In this document: positions 20,885-30,940 of the stretch, one piece after another
How the letters are laid out: every line of letters starts with the position of its first letter
How positions within the stretch are numbered: the stretch's first letter is position 1
From: Granulicella sp.
GTDB taxonomy: Bacteria; Acidobacteriota; Terriglobia; Terriglobales; Acidobacteriaceae
Length of the DNA: 64,000 nucleotides
Direction: 5' to 3'
Assembly: GCA_027339965.1 (NCBI GenBank)
Contig: DAHWNL010000078.1
Span: 32,001-96,000, forward strand
The notes under the pieces: model-generated
Seen by the model: the letters and a program-made list of their open reading frames with translations, nothing else
Told to the model about the DNA's origin: nothing
Databases searched by the model: none
Program-made: the position numbers and the translations under genes

Positions 20885-22042
20885 TCATACGGATATCAGC
20901 TCCGCGGAGGCATTTCCAGATCCGACAGGGGGAAAATCGCGAAAATCGAACTTGCCCAGGACGGCCAGAATCTCGGCGTTGAGAACGGCGGCGCCGGCGG
21001 CGCCGCGTATGGTGTTGTGCGAGAACAGGGTGAACTTCCAATCAAACAGGTTGCAGGGGCGGAGACGGCCGACCGTAGCGGTCATACCGTTGCCTCGCAT
21101 CAGGTCCAGGCGCGGCTGCGGGCGGGCGTCTTCAGGGGCGTATTCGACCGGGAAGAGAGGAGCGGAAGGAAGATGAAGCCCATTGAATCCTTTGCCGCTG
21201 AGCGGCTGAAACTCCCGCCAGGCCTCTAGAATCTGCTCCCGGGTAGCAGGCTTCCGCAGCTTGATGCTGACGCACTCGGTGTGGCCCTCCAACACGGGGA
21301 CACGGTTGCAGTGCGCAGAGACCGTGATGGGCGCGGGTTGGAAGCCTGAGCTGGTTGCCGAACCGAGCAGCTTGGCCACCTCCTCCTGTAGCTTCTCCTC
21401 CTCATTCTTGATATACGGAATGACATTGGCGAGGATATCCAGCGAGGGCACGCCGGGGTAGCCCGCGCCGCTGACGGCTTGCATGGTGGAGACAAAAAGC
21501 TTTTCGATGCCGAAGTGAGCCTCCAAGGGAGCCAGGGGAAGCACCAGACCGATGGCGCTGCAGTTCGGATTGGTGACGATGTAGCCGCCCGAAGGCCCGC
21601 CGTTTGTTTGGTCCTTTGACCTCCGGCGAGTAGGTTGCTGCTCAAGAATGGCCAGGTGCCCCAGATTGACCTCGGGAACGACGAGCGGTACGTCGGAAGC
21701 CATGCGGAAGGCAGAGGAGTTGGAGATGACGGCGCAGCCGGCGGCGGCAAAGAGCGGCTCCAGTTCTCGCGCGACAGGGGCGTCTACCGAGGAGAAGAGA
21801 ATGCGAGGAAGACCAGGACCTGCGGTCGAAGGAGTGTTGGGCTGCAGGACCATGTTGGCGATTCGTTGCGGCAGCGGGGTATCCAGACGCCAGGCGCAGG
21901 CCTCGCCATAGGTCTTGCCGGCGCTGCGGTCGCTGGCTGCCAGCCATGCGATATGAAACCAGGGATGATTCTCCAGAAGCTGGATGAAGCGCTGCCCCAC
22001 CATGCCGGTAGCGCCAAGAATTCCGACGTCTCTTCGTTCCAT
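20885..22042 (-). CDS. asd: Aspartate-semialdehyde dehydrogenase
   Basis: GATGMVGQRF, TNPNCS catalytic Cys, QAVSGAG, HNTIRGAAG. Confidence 0.96.
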   Translation of the reverse strand: MERRDVGILGATGMVGQRFIQLLENHPWFHIAWLAASDRSAGKTYGEACAWRLDTPLPQRIANMVLQPNTPSTAGPGLPRILFSSVDAPVARELEPLFAAAGCAVISNSSAFRMASDVPLVVPEVNLGHLAILEQQPTRRRSKDQTNGGPSGGYIVTNPNCSAIGLVLPLAPLEAHFGIEKLFVSTMQAVSGAGYPGVPSLDILANVIPYIKNEEEKLQEEVAKLLGSATSSGFQPAPITVSAHCNRVPVLEGHTECVSIKLRKPATREQILEAWREFQPLSGKGFNGLHLPSAPLFPVEYAPEDARPQPRLDLMRGNGMTATVGRLRPCNLFDWKFTLFSHNTIRGAAGAAVLNAEILAVLGKFDFRDFPPVGSGNASAELISV

Positions 22043-22249
22043 CTCTCAAGAATAACAAGACCGGGCAGTGGAAGATAACAGAACCGGAACAGTGCGAGGT
22101 CAAGGCTGGGATAGAAGGTACGGCTCGGCCGGGCGCGGGTTCTCCGGCTGGCTCGGGATGCGAGCCTTCCCTGCAGACAGAGGTCTAGCTGGCCGCGATG
22201 GAGCCAGGTCCGGGCAGGGCTACCGGGAGACACCCTGAGCGCCTGCATC

Positions 22250-22561
22250 TCACTCGGTGTAATTGACCCGGTGCCGGGTGTAAGCCTGGGAGCCGCCACC
22301 GCCCCAGGCGCAGACCAAAGCGACTGCGTGAATCAAGAACCAGAGGCTGATGCCTTGATCCGCATAGATCCAGAACAGGATGAGCAGACGCGGGACCAGT
22401 AGCATAACGATCACCGGGATGACGCCCACCACGGATGGAATGTAGCGCGCCATGTCATGTTGCATCCATGCAACGGCGATGCAGATGCGCGGTAGAAACA
22501 GAGACAGAATCAGAAACCAGAGAGGAATGGCGTGCGTCGCGAGGTTCAGATGGATGGTCAT
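22250..22561 (-). CDS. Small integral membrane protein, unknown function
   Basis: Three hydrophobic segments; clean ORF. Confidence 0.65.
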   Translation of the reverse strand: MTIHLNLATHAIPLWFLILSLFLPRICIAVAWMQHDMARYIPSVVGVIPVIVMLLVPRLLILFWIYADQGISLWFLIHAVALVCAWGGGGSQAYTRHRVNYTE

Positions 22562-22689
22562 GGAAGAAATAGCTCCGGAGCGTCAGACGCAGGCTGTGCC
22601 GCGCAGACGAATTTTCGAACTGCAAGAACGAGACCCGAATTCTCTTCGACCGAAGCGAAGCGGCGCTTGATCGACTTATGGAGCTGGGC

Positions 22690-23457
22690 TTACCTGGCGG
22701 AGAAGTTAAAGTTGGCTGTGCTGACGGCTCCTCGCGTGACCGTAATCTGGACGTCCTGTTCCCCCAGCTTTTCCTGCACTGCCGCCAGAGTATACCTACC
22801 TTCGGGAAGGTCCGTGATGTGGAAGGCCCCGTCGGAGCCGGTGACGTCAAACCATGGGTTTGGGGCTACGTTGATGAAGGCGCTCATCCATGGGTGGTAG
22901 CTGCAGCGGACCGGGATCATGACCTCGGGCGTTTTGAAGGTCTCTGTGCGAGGCGCGGAGTTGGCTAGCTCGGAGAAATTTACGGAGGGGTTGCCCGCCT
23001 GGGTGGGAACGGTGGTAATGTTGTGGACCGTGGCGTCAGAGTTGACAAACTCGACCGAGCCGCCCTGCTGTACTGCCACCACATGAGGAATGTAAGAGCA
23101 GCCTCTCTGATCAAGCACCACCGGTGGGGCGCCGGCGGATAAAACACGGTTCGGCACTCCGGATTTAACGTAAACGTAGACGTTGGCCAGACGATGGTGG
23201 TTGACGACCACCTGCTCGGTGTAAATGGGCAGGTTCGCCTGATAGCACCCTGGATCGGCAGATACGTTCAGGCCAATGCGCGGCGGTGCCTTGCCCGTAA
23301 AGGATATGACACCGGAGACTCCACCGGCCTCCGAGGCGGGTGTCAAGGGCGCCGGATGATGATCTCTGGCCGGCGCAGAGAGCGAGGAGCTTTGCCTGCA
23401 GCCGCCCAGCGCCAGAGCGAGCGGCCAGAAGAGAAGAAAAGTAGCGCGAAAAGTCAC
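22690..23457 (-). CDS. Lipoprotein with cupredoxin-like core and carboxypeptidase-regulatory-like domain
   Basis: Lipobox-like LGGC, LDQRGCSYIPHV, NSDATVHNI, RCSYHPWM; start overlaps the nrdR stop. Confidence 0.75.
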   Translation of the reverse strand: MTFRATFLLFWPLALALGGCRQSSSLSAPARDHHPAPLTPASEAGGVSGVISFTGKAPPRIGLNVSADPGCYQANLPIYTEQVVVNHHRLANVYVYVKSGVPNRVLSAGAPPVVLDQRGCSYIPHVVAVQQGGSVEFVNSDATVHNITTVPTQAGNPSVNFSELANSAPRTETFKTPEVMIPVRCSYHPWMSAFINVAPNPWFDVTGSDGAFHITDLPEGRYTLAAVQEKLGEQDVQITVTRGAVSTANFNFSAR

Positions 23458-23981
23458 GATGTTGATTTGGATGCTGCCGAGGAGTGGAGGGTGGTAGGAG
23501 CGCTTGAGGGAAACCTTTGGCGATGGCTTTTATTGCGAAGCAGATCCTCCAGTTCCATTTTGAACTCGTTGACGTCCTTGAAGTCCCGATAGACGCTGGC
23601 GAAGCGGATGTAAGCCACCGTGTCAATCTCCTTCAGGCGGGCCATGATTAGCTCGCCAATGGAAGCTGTGGAACGCTCTCGTTCGTTGGACTCGGCGACG
23701 AAGGCTTCGACAGCATCAACGATCTCCTGCATCTGCGAAACCGAGACCTTGCGCTTCTGGCAGGAGTGGAGCAAGCCGGTAAGAACCTTTTGGCGGTCAA
23801 AGTTTTCGCGGCGGCCATCTTTTTTCACCACCATATAGGGGATCTCGTCGAGGCGTTCGTAGGTCGTGAAGCGCTTGTGGCAACTTACACACTCACGGCG
23901 GCGGCGGATGGAGTCGGCATCCTTGCTCTCCCGGCTATCAATCACTCTATCTTCGATGAAGCCGCAGTAGGGGCATCTCAT
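23454..23981 (-). CDS. nrdR: Transcriptional repressor NrdR
   Basis: MRCPYC, IRRRREC..C..RFTTYE, ATP cone, VAYIRFASVY. Confidence 0.97.
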   Translation of the reverse strand: MRCPYCGFIEDRVIDSRESKDADSIRRRRECVSCHKRFTTYERLDEIPYMVVKKDGRRENFDRQKVLTGLLHSCQKRKVSVSQMQEIVDAVEAFVAESNERERSTASIGELIMARLKEIDTVAYIRFASVYRDFKDVNEFKMELEDLLRNKSHRQRFPSSAPTTLHSSAASKSTS

Positions 23982-24171
23982 GGCTGCCTTGATTCTAGTG
24001 CACCTTTCCCATGAATGGGCTCACGGAAACCGGCGCGGAGCGGCGTTCGGCCGGAAGACGCTGCGCGATCTGGGAGGTCTGGGGTGGGCCGGGAACCGAA
24101 ATGCCGTGTGCCGGGGAGGAGGTTCCCAAGGTAGAGGAATGGACAGCAGGAGTCGCGTCCGGCTGGCAGCG

Positions 24172-25269
24172 TCACTCCGCTCCGGGTGTCACGCCTTCCC
24201 GTCTCGCTTCCTTCAGGGAGATGCCTTGCATCTGGGCGGCCAGCAGGCCCGCGGGGATCACGGCAAGATTGCCAACCACCAGGATGACCGCGCCGCAGGC
24301 CGTTGCCGTCTCCAGCGGGACATTGAAAAAGCCGCGCAGGGCGGCGGCCAGAAGGGCGATCTGGGTAAACCAGCCCAGAATGGGAAGCTGCAGAAGTGAT
24401 CCTCCCAGACTGGTGGCCAGCAGCAGCATGGTGGCCGCAAAGCTCAGGTCGGCCAACTCCGGAGTGGCGCGGAACGCGTGGGCGGCGGATAGATACATCA
24501 CAGCAATGATGAGCCACATGAAAAGGGAGATTGCCAGGGCGGCGAAGAACTCGCTCAGGGTAGAAACAATGCGCAGGCCATGGCTGAACTCCAGAATTCG
24601 CTCTGAGCTCGTGTGGGCCAGGCTCCCCGAGATGGGGCGCAGCGCTCGCCGGGCCATGGAGGCTACATGACGGCCGGCCAGACGCAGGGAGGTCGCAAAG
24701 ACAGCCAGAAAAAGGGTGGCTGCAAGCGAGACGGCTCCGGCGCGGGCAAAGGCCTCATGGTGCGGCATGTTGCGGGGAGCCAGCGCCAGCGTGATGGAAA
24801 AGATCATCGCGGCTGAGGCCAGATCGAAGGCGCGCTCGATGGAGTAGACCGCAAGTTGCATAGCCACCGGGGTGTGAAGGCGGCGAGCGATCAGATACGG
24901 GCGTCCCAGGTCGGCAAAGCGGCCGAAGAGACCGACGATGGTAAAACCGATGAGCTGGGGCGCGAACATCTCTTGGGTCGATGTCTGGTGCAGCGGGGAG
25001 AGCAAAACTCTCCATCTCCAGGCGCGCAACCAATAGCCAAGGTAGGTGCAAGCGAAGGCCAGAAGGATCAACGGTAGAGAAACGAAGCGAAGCTGATGGA
25101 CCAGGGATCGCCAGCTAAAGTTGATGTGTCCGCGCGCCATCCAGACACAGAGTGCCAGCAGCGCCAGCAGCGCAGAAAGCAAGGTGCGTGGAGGAAATCC
25201 GCGTCTTCCGGATGTCGCCGGTTCAGAGTCAGGCTTGGCGATGTTGGGCGGCCTCCTGAGTGATTCCAT
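24172..25269 (-). CDS. Lysylphosphatidylglycerol synthase TM-domain (flippase-like) protein
   Basis: LRAWRWRVLL, GRFADLGRPYL, ERAFDL; multiple TM segments. Confidence 0.85.
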   Translation of the reverse strand: MESLRRPPNIAKPDSEPATSGRRGFPPRTLLSALLALLALCVWMARGHINFSWRSLVHQLRFVSLPLILLAFACTYLGYWLRAWRWRVLLSPLHQTSTQEMFAPQLIGFTIVGLFGRFADLGRPYLIARRLHTPVAMQLAVYSIERAFDLASAAMIFSITLALAPRNMPHHEAFARAGAVSLAATLFLAVFATSLRLAGRHVASMARRALRPISGSLAHTSSERILEFSHGLRIVSTLSEFFAALAISLFMWLIIAVMYLSAAHAFRATPELADLSFAATMLLLATSLGGSLLQLPILGWFTQIALLAAALRGFFNVPLETATACGAVILVVGNLAVIPAGLLAAQMQGISLKEARREGVTPGAE

Positions 25270-26219
25270 CAGGGCGCGCCATTTGCGGCAAAGGTGTTGG
25301 CCGATGGATCAGGGGCAGCGGCAGCCGCTTGGCCAGGCAAGACATCCCCGCCCGCATTCGGCAGAGCGGCAAATGAACCGGTTGTCGCGCCCTCCGCAGA
25401 GTTGTGGACCTGGCCTTCGCTGGGGCCGATTACGGGTGAAGCGGACAGCGCGCGTTGCAGAGCCAGCTTGCGTCGCATGAACTCTCTTAGGACGCGGTTG
25501 ACGTAAGCCCGGGTCTCAGGATACGGGGGCACGGCATGGTAACGGTCAACCGCGGCTGGTCCGGCGTTGTAGGCAGCTAAAGCAAGGGCGAGGCCATGTG
25601 CGTCGTTATGGGAATCGTAACGGTCCAGAAGCTGATCCAGATAGGCTGCGCCACCAGTGATGTTCTGATCGGGGCGAAAGGGGTCCTGGACGCCGAACTG
25701 TTTCGCGGTTCCAGGCATAAGCTGCATCAGACCCTCAGCCCCGGCTCGCGAGACCGCGTCGGCGCGGCCGTCGCTCTCCGCCTGGACGATGCTGGCCAGC
25801 AGCGCTGCATCGATGCGATGCTGCCTGCCGGCGGTTGAGAGGAGTTCAGGAATGTCGGCTGGAATCTGCCTGGCGTCGGTTGCAGATACTGCGCTGCGGG
25901 GCTGCGCCGATCTGGAGGGAGTTGCACCCGGCCGTGGAGGATCGGGCAGGGTTTGAATTCTGACGATCAAGCGGCTGGAGATATCGATGAAGTCGCCGGA
26001 GTGCGGAGCGAGAAAAAACAGACGAGTGCGGTTGCCATCCACCGACTCATATCTTGCGCAGTCATAGGAAAAACCATTGCTCAGCGTAATCCGCTGGAAG
26101 GCGTGCGCAGGGGTGCAGAGCTGCGCTCCCAACAGGGCAAGGAGAGCCGCGATCAGAGGGGAGGAATCTAAGCGGATACGGCTTGGTCGATGACGACGCA
26201 CTGAACTTGAGACTATCAT
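25269..26219 (-). CDS. Lytic transglycosylase (SLT domain)
   Basis: AES, AVSRAGAEGLMQLMPGTA, ALAAYNAG, PPYPET. Confidence 0.92.
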   Translation of the reverse strand: MIVSSSVRRHRPSRIRLDSSPLIAALLALLGAQLCTPAHAFQRITLSNGFSYDCARYESVDGNRTRLFFLAPHSGDFIDISSRLIVRIQTLPDPPRPGATPSRSAQPRSAVSATDARQIPADIPELLSTAGRQHRIDAALLASIVQAESDGRADAVSRAGAEGLMQLMPGTAKQFGVQDPFRPDQNITGGAAYLDQLLDRYDSHNDAHGLALALAAYNAGPAAVDRYHAVPPYPETRAYVNRVLREFMRRKLALQRALSASPVIGPSEGQVHNSAEGATTGSFAALPNAGGDVLPGQAAAAAPDPSANTFAANGAP

Positions 26220-26320
26220 TCAGAGTTTAAAGGCAGCAATGGGCCCAGGAATGGCAGCATCCGCAAGGGAACTAGTTTAGGAATCTAGTTCAGCCCGGCG
26301 GTCATCTTGTGTCAGGGAGC

Positions 26321-26506
26321 ATGGCAATGCGTTGTCCAACTTGCACAAAAGGCAGAATGTACCGGTCGAGACAGACGATGATTGACCGACTCCTTTTCAG
26401 CCGTTTCGGAATCTTTCCCTGGCGCTGCCATCGCTGCCGCGCAAGGGTGCGGCTGCGAGTTCGAGAGGAGTACCACAGCCGCCCCCAGCAGATCTGGATG
26501 GGCTGA
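26321..26506 (+). CDS. Small zinc-ribbon protein
   Basis: CPTC...PWRCHRC; GGGAG RBS. Confidence 0.6.
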   Translation: MAMRCPTCTKGRMYRSRQTMIDRLLFSRFGIFPWRCHRCRARVRLRVREEYHSRPQQIWMG

Positions 26507-26597
26507 TGGAGCCGTCTTTCGCCGCGCCTTGAGACCGAGTGAGAAGACCCGTCCTGATCTCCCCGCGCGCGGGAGGAAGATCCCATTCAAATCACTT

Positions 26598-27542
26598 TCA
26601 CGCAGGAGAGCCCGCGAAAGCTGCTTCAATGGCGGTGGCCACGCCGTCATCATCGTTGCTGGGAAGAAGGGTCCATCCGTTGGCGATCGCAAGAGATCGC
26701 AGGTCTTCGGGAGCGTTGCACATCAGGGCAGGTTCACCGGCAAGACGCAGCATCGCCAGGTCGTTCCAGTTGTCGCCGATTGCCATAATCTCTGCACAAC
26801 CAATGCCGCGAAGGTTGGCTAGGCGCTCAAGAGCGGAGGCCTTGGAGCATCCCGCGGGCAGGATGTCCAGAAGCGTCAGATCCGTCTCCGGGTAGGTGGT
26901 GCGGTGCAGCGCGGCTTCAGCGTCCTCGTGACCGGCGTGAGAAGCCTCCGAAGATAGCTCCTGGTCGCCAACCGCGATGACCCGGGGGTGGTGAACCAAA
27001 TGTGCCTCAGCCCGCTGCATAGGTTCGATAGGACCGCACAGCATCATCTGGATCGGCAACTCCCTGCCCGGTTGCAGCGCCGCTTCTATGGGATTTGCTT
27101 GCAGGATGTACTGTCGGTTGGCTCGCATCCAGCGACCGATGCTGGAGTGGATCTGGTCGATATTCTGGACGATGAGGGCGCCGCGGGAGTCGTTCCCATC
27201 TGGACCCGTCAGGTCAAAGGTGAGAACCAGACCGTTGCGGTAGTCGTTCAGGTAATCGCAGAGCCAAAGCGCCGTGGAGAGCTGCAGGTGCGAGCGGTGA
27301 ATGAGATCCGAGCTCAACGCTCGGATCACGGCGCCGTTGGAGCTGATAACAGCCGAGCCGGGCTTGAGTCCGAGATCGCGCAGCGCTTGCATTGCGAAGC
27401 TATGACGGCGGCCCGTGGAGATGACGATCTCCGCGCCCGAATTCTGGGCAAGCTCCAGCGCCGAGCGGTTGCGAGAGCTCACCTGGCCGGAAGAGTTCAG
27501 GAGCGTTCCATCGAGATCGAGGGCGATGAGGCGGGGCAGCAT
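26598..27542 (-). CDS. Cof-type HAD-IIB hydrolase
   Basis: DLDGTLL, STGRR, GCSKA, GDNWND, NDDDGVA. Confidence 0.93.
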   Translation of the reverse strand: MLPRLIALDLDGTLLNSSGQVSSRNRSALELAQNSGAEIVISTGRRHSFAMQALRDLGLKPGSAVISSNGAVIRALSSDLIHRSHLQLSTALWLCDYLNDYRNGLVLTFDLTGPDGNDSRGALIVQNIDQIHSSIGRWMRANRQYILQANPIEAALQPGRELPIQMMLCGPIEPMQRAEAHLVHHPRVIAVGDQELSSEASHAGHEDAEAALHRTTYPETDLTLLDILPAGCSKASALERLANLRGIGCAEIMAIGDNWNDLAMLRLAGEPALMCNAPEDLRSLAIANGWTLLPSNDDDGVATAIEAAFAGSPA

Positions 27543-27645
27543 CCACGTCTAGGGTAGCCCATAACCGGAGTTGAGAGCCTGGGGCTCGGGGAACGGGAGC
27601 ACTCTTGATGGGCGCCGGGCGCTGAAGTTGAGTAGGATGATGCGT

Positions 27646-28836
27646 ATGCCTTTGATGGCTCATCTGGAATGCATTCGCTGTCGGCATCAGGTCTCCATGC
27701 AGATGCCACCGGCGGTGGCAATTCCCCCGTCCGTCTGCCCTGTGGATGGCGGCACGCTGCTGGTCCGCTATGACATGCAGGCGTTGCGCATCTGGGCGCG
27801 TCGGGAGAAGTCCGCGGAGTTGGCTGCGCGGCCGGGTCACAGCCTGGGTATGTGGCGCTACGCTGAGGTGCTGCCGGAGGTGACGCCAATCTCCTTGGGC
27901 GAGGGTTGGACTCCCTTGCTGCAGAGTCGGCGCCATGCCCGATTGTTGATCAAGGATGAGGGCTTCAATCCCACAGGAACAGCCGAAGCCAGGGGAGTGG
28001 CCATGGCCGTCTCCCTGGCAGTGGGCTCTGCCGGCGGGCCGCAAGAGCGTCGGCCTCTGGCGGCTCTGTCCGTGGCGACGGCCGCCTACGCGGCCGCCGC
28101 GGGAAGGAAGGCCCATCTGTTTCTGCCCCGGGATCTGTCGCCCGAAAACGAACTGCACGCGGTGTTGTACGGCGCCCAGGCACACCTTGTGGATGGTCCA
28201 AGGGAGCAGTGCCAACGGCAGCTGGAGCAAGAGATGAACGTGCGGCGAACGGCGCGGGATGGGATGAAAGAGCTCTGGATTGACCTCTCCGCGCCACTCC
28301 ATCCGTTTCGAGTGGAGGGCGACAAGACCTTGGGCTATGAACTGGTGGAGCAGATGGGCTGGACGTACCCCGACGCGCTGCTCTGGCCCGCAGGCGATGC
28401 AATAAGCTTGATTGGCGTCTGGAAGGCATTTGAAGAGATGGAGGCGTTGGGATGGGTGGTTGGAAGACGTCCCCGCGTGTATGTGGGAGAGATCGCGGCG
28501 GGAAGGTTCGCGGCAGAGCTGGACAGTGGCTCCCTGGAGATCGTCGTGGCATCGGGCGGAAAAGTGGTGAAGCAGGACGAGCGGAAGATGCTGGCAGCGC
28601 TTTCGGATTTTGCCCGGCGGGATGGCGTTTTTCTTTCGCCGCAGGGAGCGGCGACTGCAGCCGCGTTTGAGTTGCTTGCCGGCAACCGCGAAATTCGATC
28701 GGACGAGCGCAGCGTGTTGGTGAATCCCTCCGCAGCCTGGAGGGATGACGATGCGTTACGCGCAGCAAGTCCTCTGCTCAGGCTGGGAAGACTCCCTACC
28801 TCTCTGCCGGTAGGTGGAATCATCACACCGGTTTAG
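27646..28836 (+). CDS. Threonine synthase-like fold-II protein lacking the PLP lysine
   Basis: N-terminal CxxC/CPVDGG, MWRY, SLGEGWTPLL, KDEGFNPTGTAEARG, RVEGDKTLGYE. Confidence 0.8.
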   Translation: MPLMAHLECIRCRHQVSMQMPPAVAIPPSVCPVDGGTLLVRYDMQALRIWARREKSAELAARPGHSLGMWRYAEVLPEVTPISLGEGWTPLLQSRRHARLLIKDEGFNPTGTAEARGVAMAVSLAVGSAGGPQERRPLAALSVATAAYAAAAGRKAHLFLPRDLSPENELHAVLYGAQAHLVDGPREQCQRQLEQEMNVRRTARDGMKELWIDLSAPLHPFRVEGDKTLGYELVEQMGWTYPDALLWPAGDAISLIGVWKAFEEMEALGWVVGRRPRVYVGEIAAGRFAAELDSGSLEIVVASGGKVVKQDERKMLAALSDFARRDGVFLSPQGAATAAAFELLAGNREIRSDERSVLVNPSAAWRDDDALRAASPLLRLGRLPTSLPVGGIITPV

Positions 28837-28949
28837 AGCGTTTTCAGTGTTGATGGGTACACCGGAGAGGGCGTGCAGTGCCGTTTTCATTGGGGAAAAC
28901 GCCCAGGGAAGTGGAAGTGTTTGCTTACACTTACACTGAAAATGCTCTA
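28834..28949 (+). mobile_element. MITE-like repeat, copy 2
   Basis: TIRs TAGAGCGTTTTCAGTG / CACTGAAAATGCTCTA; the first TAG is the stop codon of the upstream gene. Confidence 0.85.
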
Positions 28950-29143
28950 GCGGAGGCAGTACGTCGCAGCGGAGGATGACGATGGGTTCGCAAGCTGCTC
29001 CGGGATCAGCCGCAGCCGGGCACGGCGGCGGGCGCTGAAACTCGTTTCGAGAGCCTCCGACGAAACTGGGTGATTGAGGGCATGGGACTGTCCAGATTCG
29101 CGGAGAGCTTGGAGTCCAGGGTTCGCCGAGCGTGACCGTCGCG

Positions 29144-29458
29144 TTACTTATTGAAGCAACTCCTTCCGCGAGGACCGTGATCTCCAGCAGCCTTGGCCTC
29201 CACCTCGGTCATGTACTTTCCATTCCTCGTCCGGCCGTAGTAGCGGTCACCGGGACAGTGGTAGACATGGGTGGACAGGTTCACCCAAACCTTGTCCGGC
29301 GCTGCTCCAGGAGCCTGTTTTGCGGCCGGCTGAAATGGAGAGTGCTTTGTGCTTGAAGGATGGGCGTCGGCGCCGGCTGTTTGAGCGGAAAGCGTGAGTG
29401 AGCAAGCCACCAGGAAGGCGGACGAGAACAGCGCAGAGAACAGGAAACGAGGCTGCAT
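29144..29458 (-). CDS. Small secreted protein with VWVN..YHC..YYG motif
   Basis: Signal peptide; 'VWVNLSTHVYHCPGDRYYGRTRNGKYMTEVEAKAAG'; AGGAG RBS. Confidence 0.75.
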   Translation of the reverse strand: MQPRFLFSALFSSAFLVACSLTLSAQTAGADAHPSSTKHSPFQPAAKQAPGAAPDKVWVNLSTHVYHCPGDRYYGRTRNGKYMTEVEAKAAGDHGPRGRSCFNK

Positions 29459-29674
29459 GGATTCTCCTGGGAAAATGAAGTCTGGGGTGAATCCCCCGAA
29501 CATGCTGGTAAAAGCTGAGATGCCGGAGAACGCAACCGGATGTACCACGATATTGACCCGCTGCACTCCACGGTAACGGGAAGCCGGGATCTTTGCCGAG
29601 CACGCGCCGGCCTTCATTGGTGGACTCGCCTGAGACCGGATGCGGCCGCAAAGAGATGAAATAAACTTGTCTTG

Positions 29675-30721
29675 ATGCTGATCGACGGAATTCATATCCC
29701 TTTGACGGCGCCGTTTACCCGGGACGGCGGCTGCTATCTGCACAAGCTGGAGTATAACGTTCGGCGCTACTGCTTGACCCCAGCCTCGGGGCTGGTTGCT
29801 TTGAGCTCGGAGATGGAGGGAGCCGCGCTGAGCGATGCGGAGACCGCCGAGGCGCTGCGGGTGATCGGAGCGGTAGCCGATCCAGCCAAAGTGCTCGTGG
29901 CTGCGGTGGCCAAAGATAGCGTGCGCAGCGCGCTCTCTGTTGCAGAGATGGCGGCCCGGGAGGGGTTTGATCTGCTGCTGCTCGCCGCCCCGCCTCAGTG
30001 GGAGTGCCTGAGCGAGCAGGAAGTGATGCTCCATTTCCAGGCGATTGCGGACAGGTCGCCGCTTCCCATTGCTCTCGGCAGCGGGGCCCGGCGGCAAGGA
30101 TATCGGCTGAGCGTGGATGAGATTGCCGATCTGGCGCGGCACAACAATGTGCTGGGCCTCTACGACCATGGATTGACGGTGGAGCGCTTTCGCGCCATCG
30201 CAGCGGCCACAGGCGGGGTGCGAAGAGATGTGGTGGTGACGAACGTCTTTGCCCCTGTGACCCGGCGAATGGTGTGCAAAGGCGAGACGGAGGAGGCCGG
30301 GTTTGTAGCTGCGGCTTCGATCGGAAGCGCAGGCGCGGGGATGACTGCGCCCAAGCGTGTACTGAAAACGCGCACCAAGCCGGTTGGCTTCCAGGTGATG
30401 GCCACGGGCAGAACGGCCGGTTTTGCGGATCTGTTGACGTCGGGTTTGGCTGGTGCAATGCTCTCTCTGGCAGCCTGCTCCCCGCAGGCCTGCTATGAGG
30501 TTTATGCTGCGTTCAAGGATGGCGATCCGGCGCTTGCGGAGGAAAAGGTACGCCGACTGGCAGAGGCTGATGCAAGGCTTGATCGCCTGGGAGTCGGCGG
30601 GGTCAAGTACGGGTGCGATTACAACGGCTACTACGGTGGGGAGCCGCGTTTGCCGCGTCTGCCCCTGAATGCGGAGGAGCGAGCGAGCCTGGAGCGGGCG
30701 CTGTCAGGGATCCGGAATTAG
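29675..30721 (+). CDS. Dihydrodipicolinate synthase-family protein, catalytically degenerate
   Basis: GIHIPLTAPF..DG, FQAIADRSPLPI, GVKY, G.PRLPRLPL; GLYD at the GxKD position. Confidence 0.8.
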   Translation: MLIDGIHIPLTAPFTRDGGCYLHKLEYNVRRYCLTPASGLVALSSEMEGAALSDAETAEALRVIGAVADPAKVLVAAVAKDSVRSALSVAEMAAREGFDLLLLAAPPQWECLSEQEVMLHFQAIADRSPLPIALGSGARRQGYRLSVDEIADLARHNNVLGLYDHGLTVERFRAIAAATGGVRRDVVVTNVFAPVTRRMVCKGETEEAGFVAAASIGSAGAGMTAPKRVLKTRTKPVGFQVMATGRTAGFADLLTSGLAGAMLSLAACSPQACYEVYAAFKDGDPALAEEKVRRLAEADARLDRLGVGGVKYGCDYNGYYGGEPRLPRLPLNAEERASLERALSGIRN

Positions 30722-30940
30722 AACGACCGCGTGCTCGCAATGCGCGAACTCCAACCCAACTCGGCAACCACCTTGGCTGCCGAAATCCCGGGAACTCCGC
30801 GCAACCGGTGCGGGCCGTGGATCACCACCTGCATCGCCGGCTCCGCTCGGCTTGTGGCTCCGGACTCTGCTTCGCTCCTTCGGCTCACAGGGTCACCCAC
30901 GACCACCGCAGCGCAGCGGGGCCGATCACTCCATTTCGCA

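Noticed and set aside
29675..30721. Calling this gene dapA
   Set aside because: The catalytic Lys, Tyr and pyruvate-binding motif are missing.
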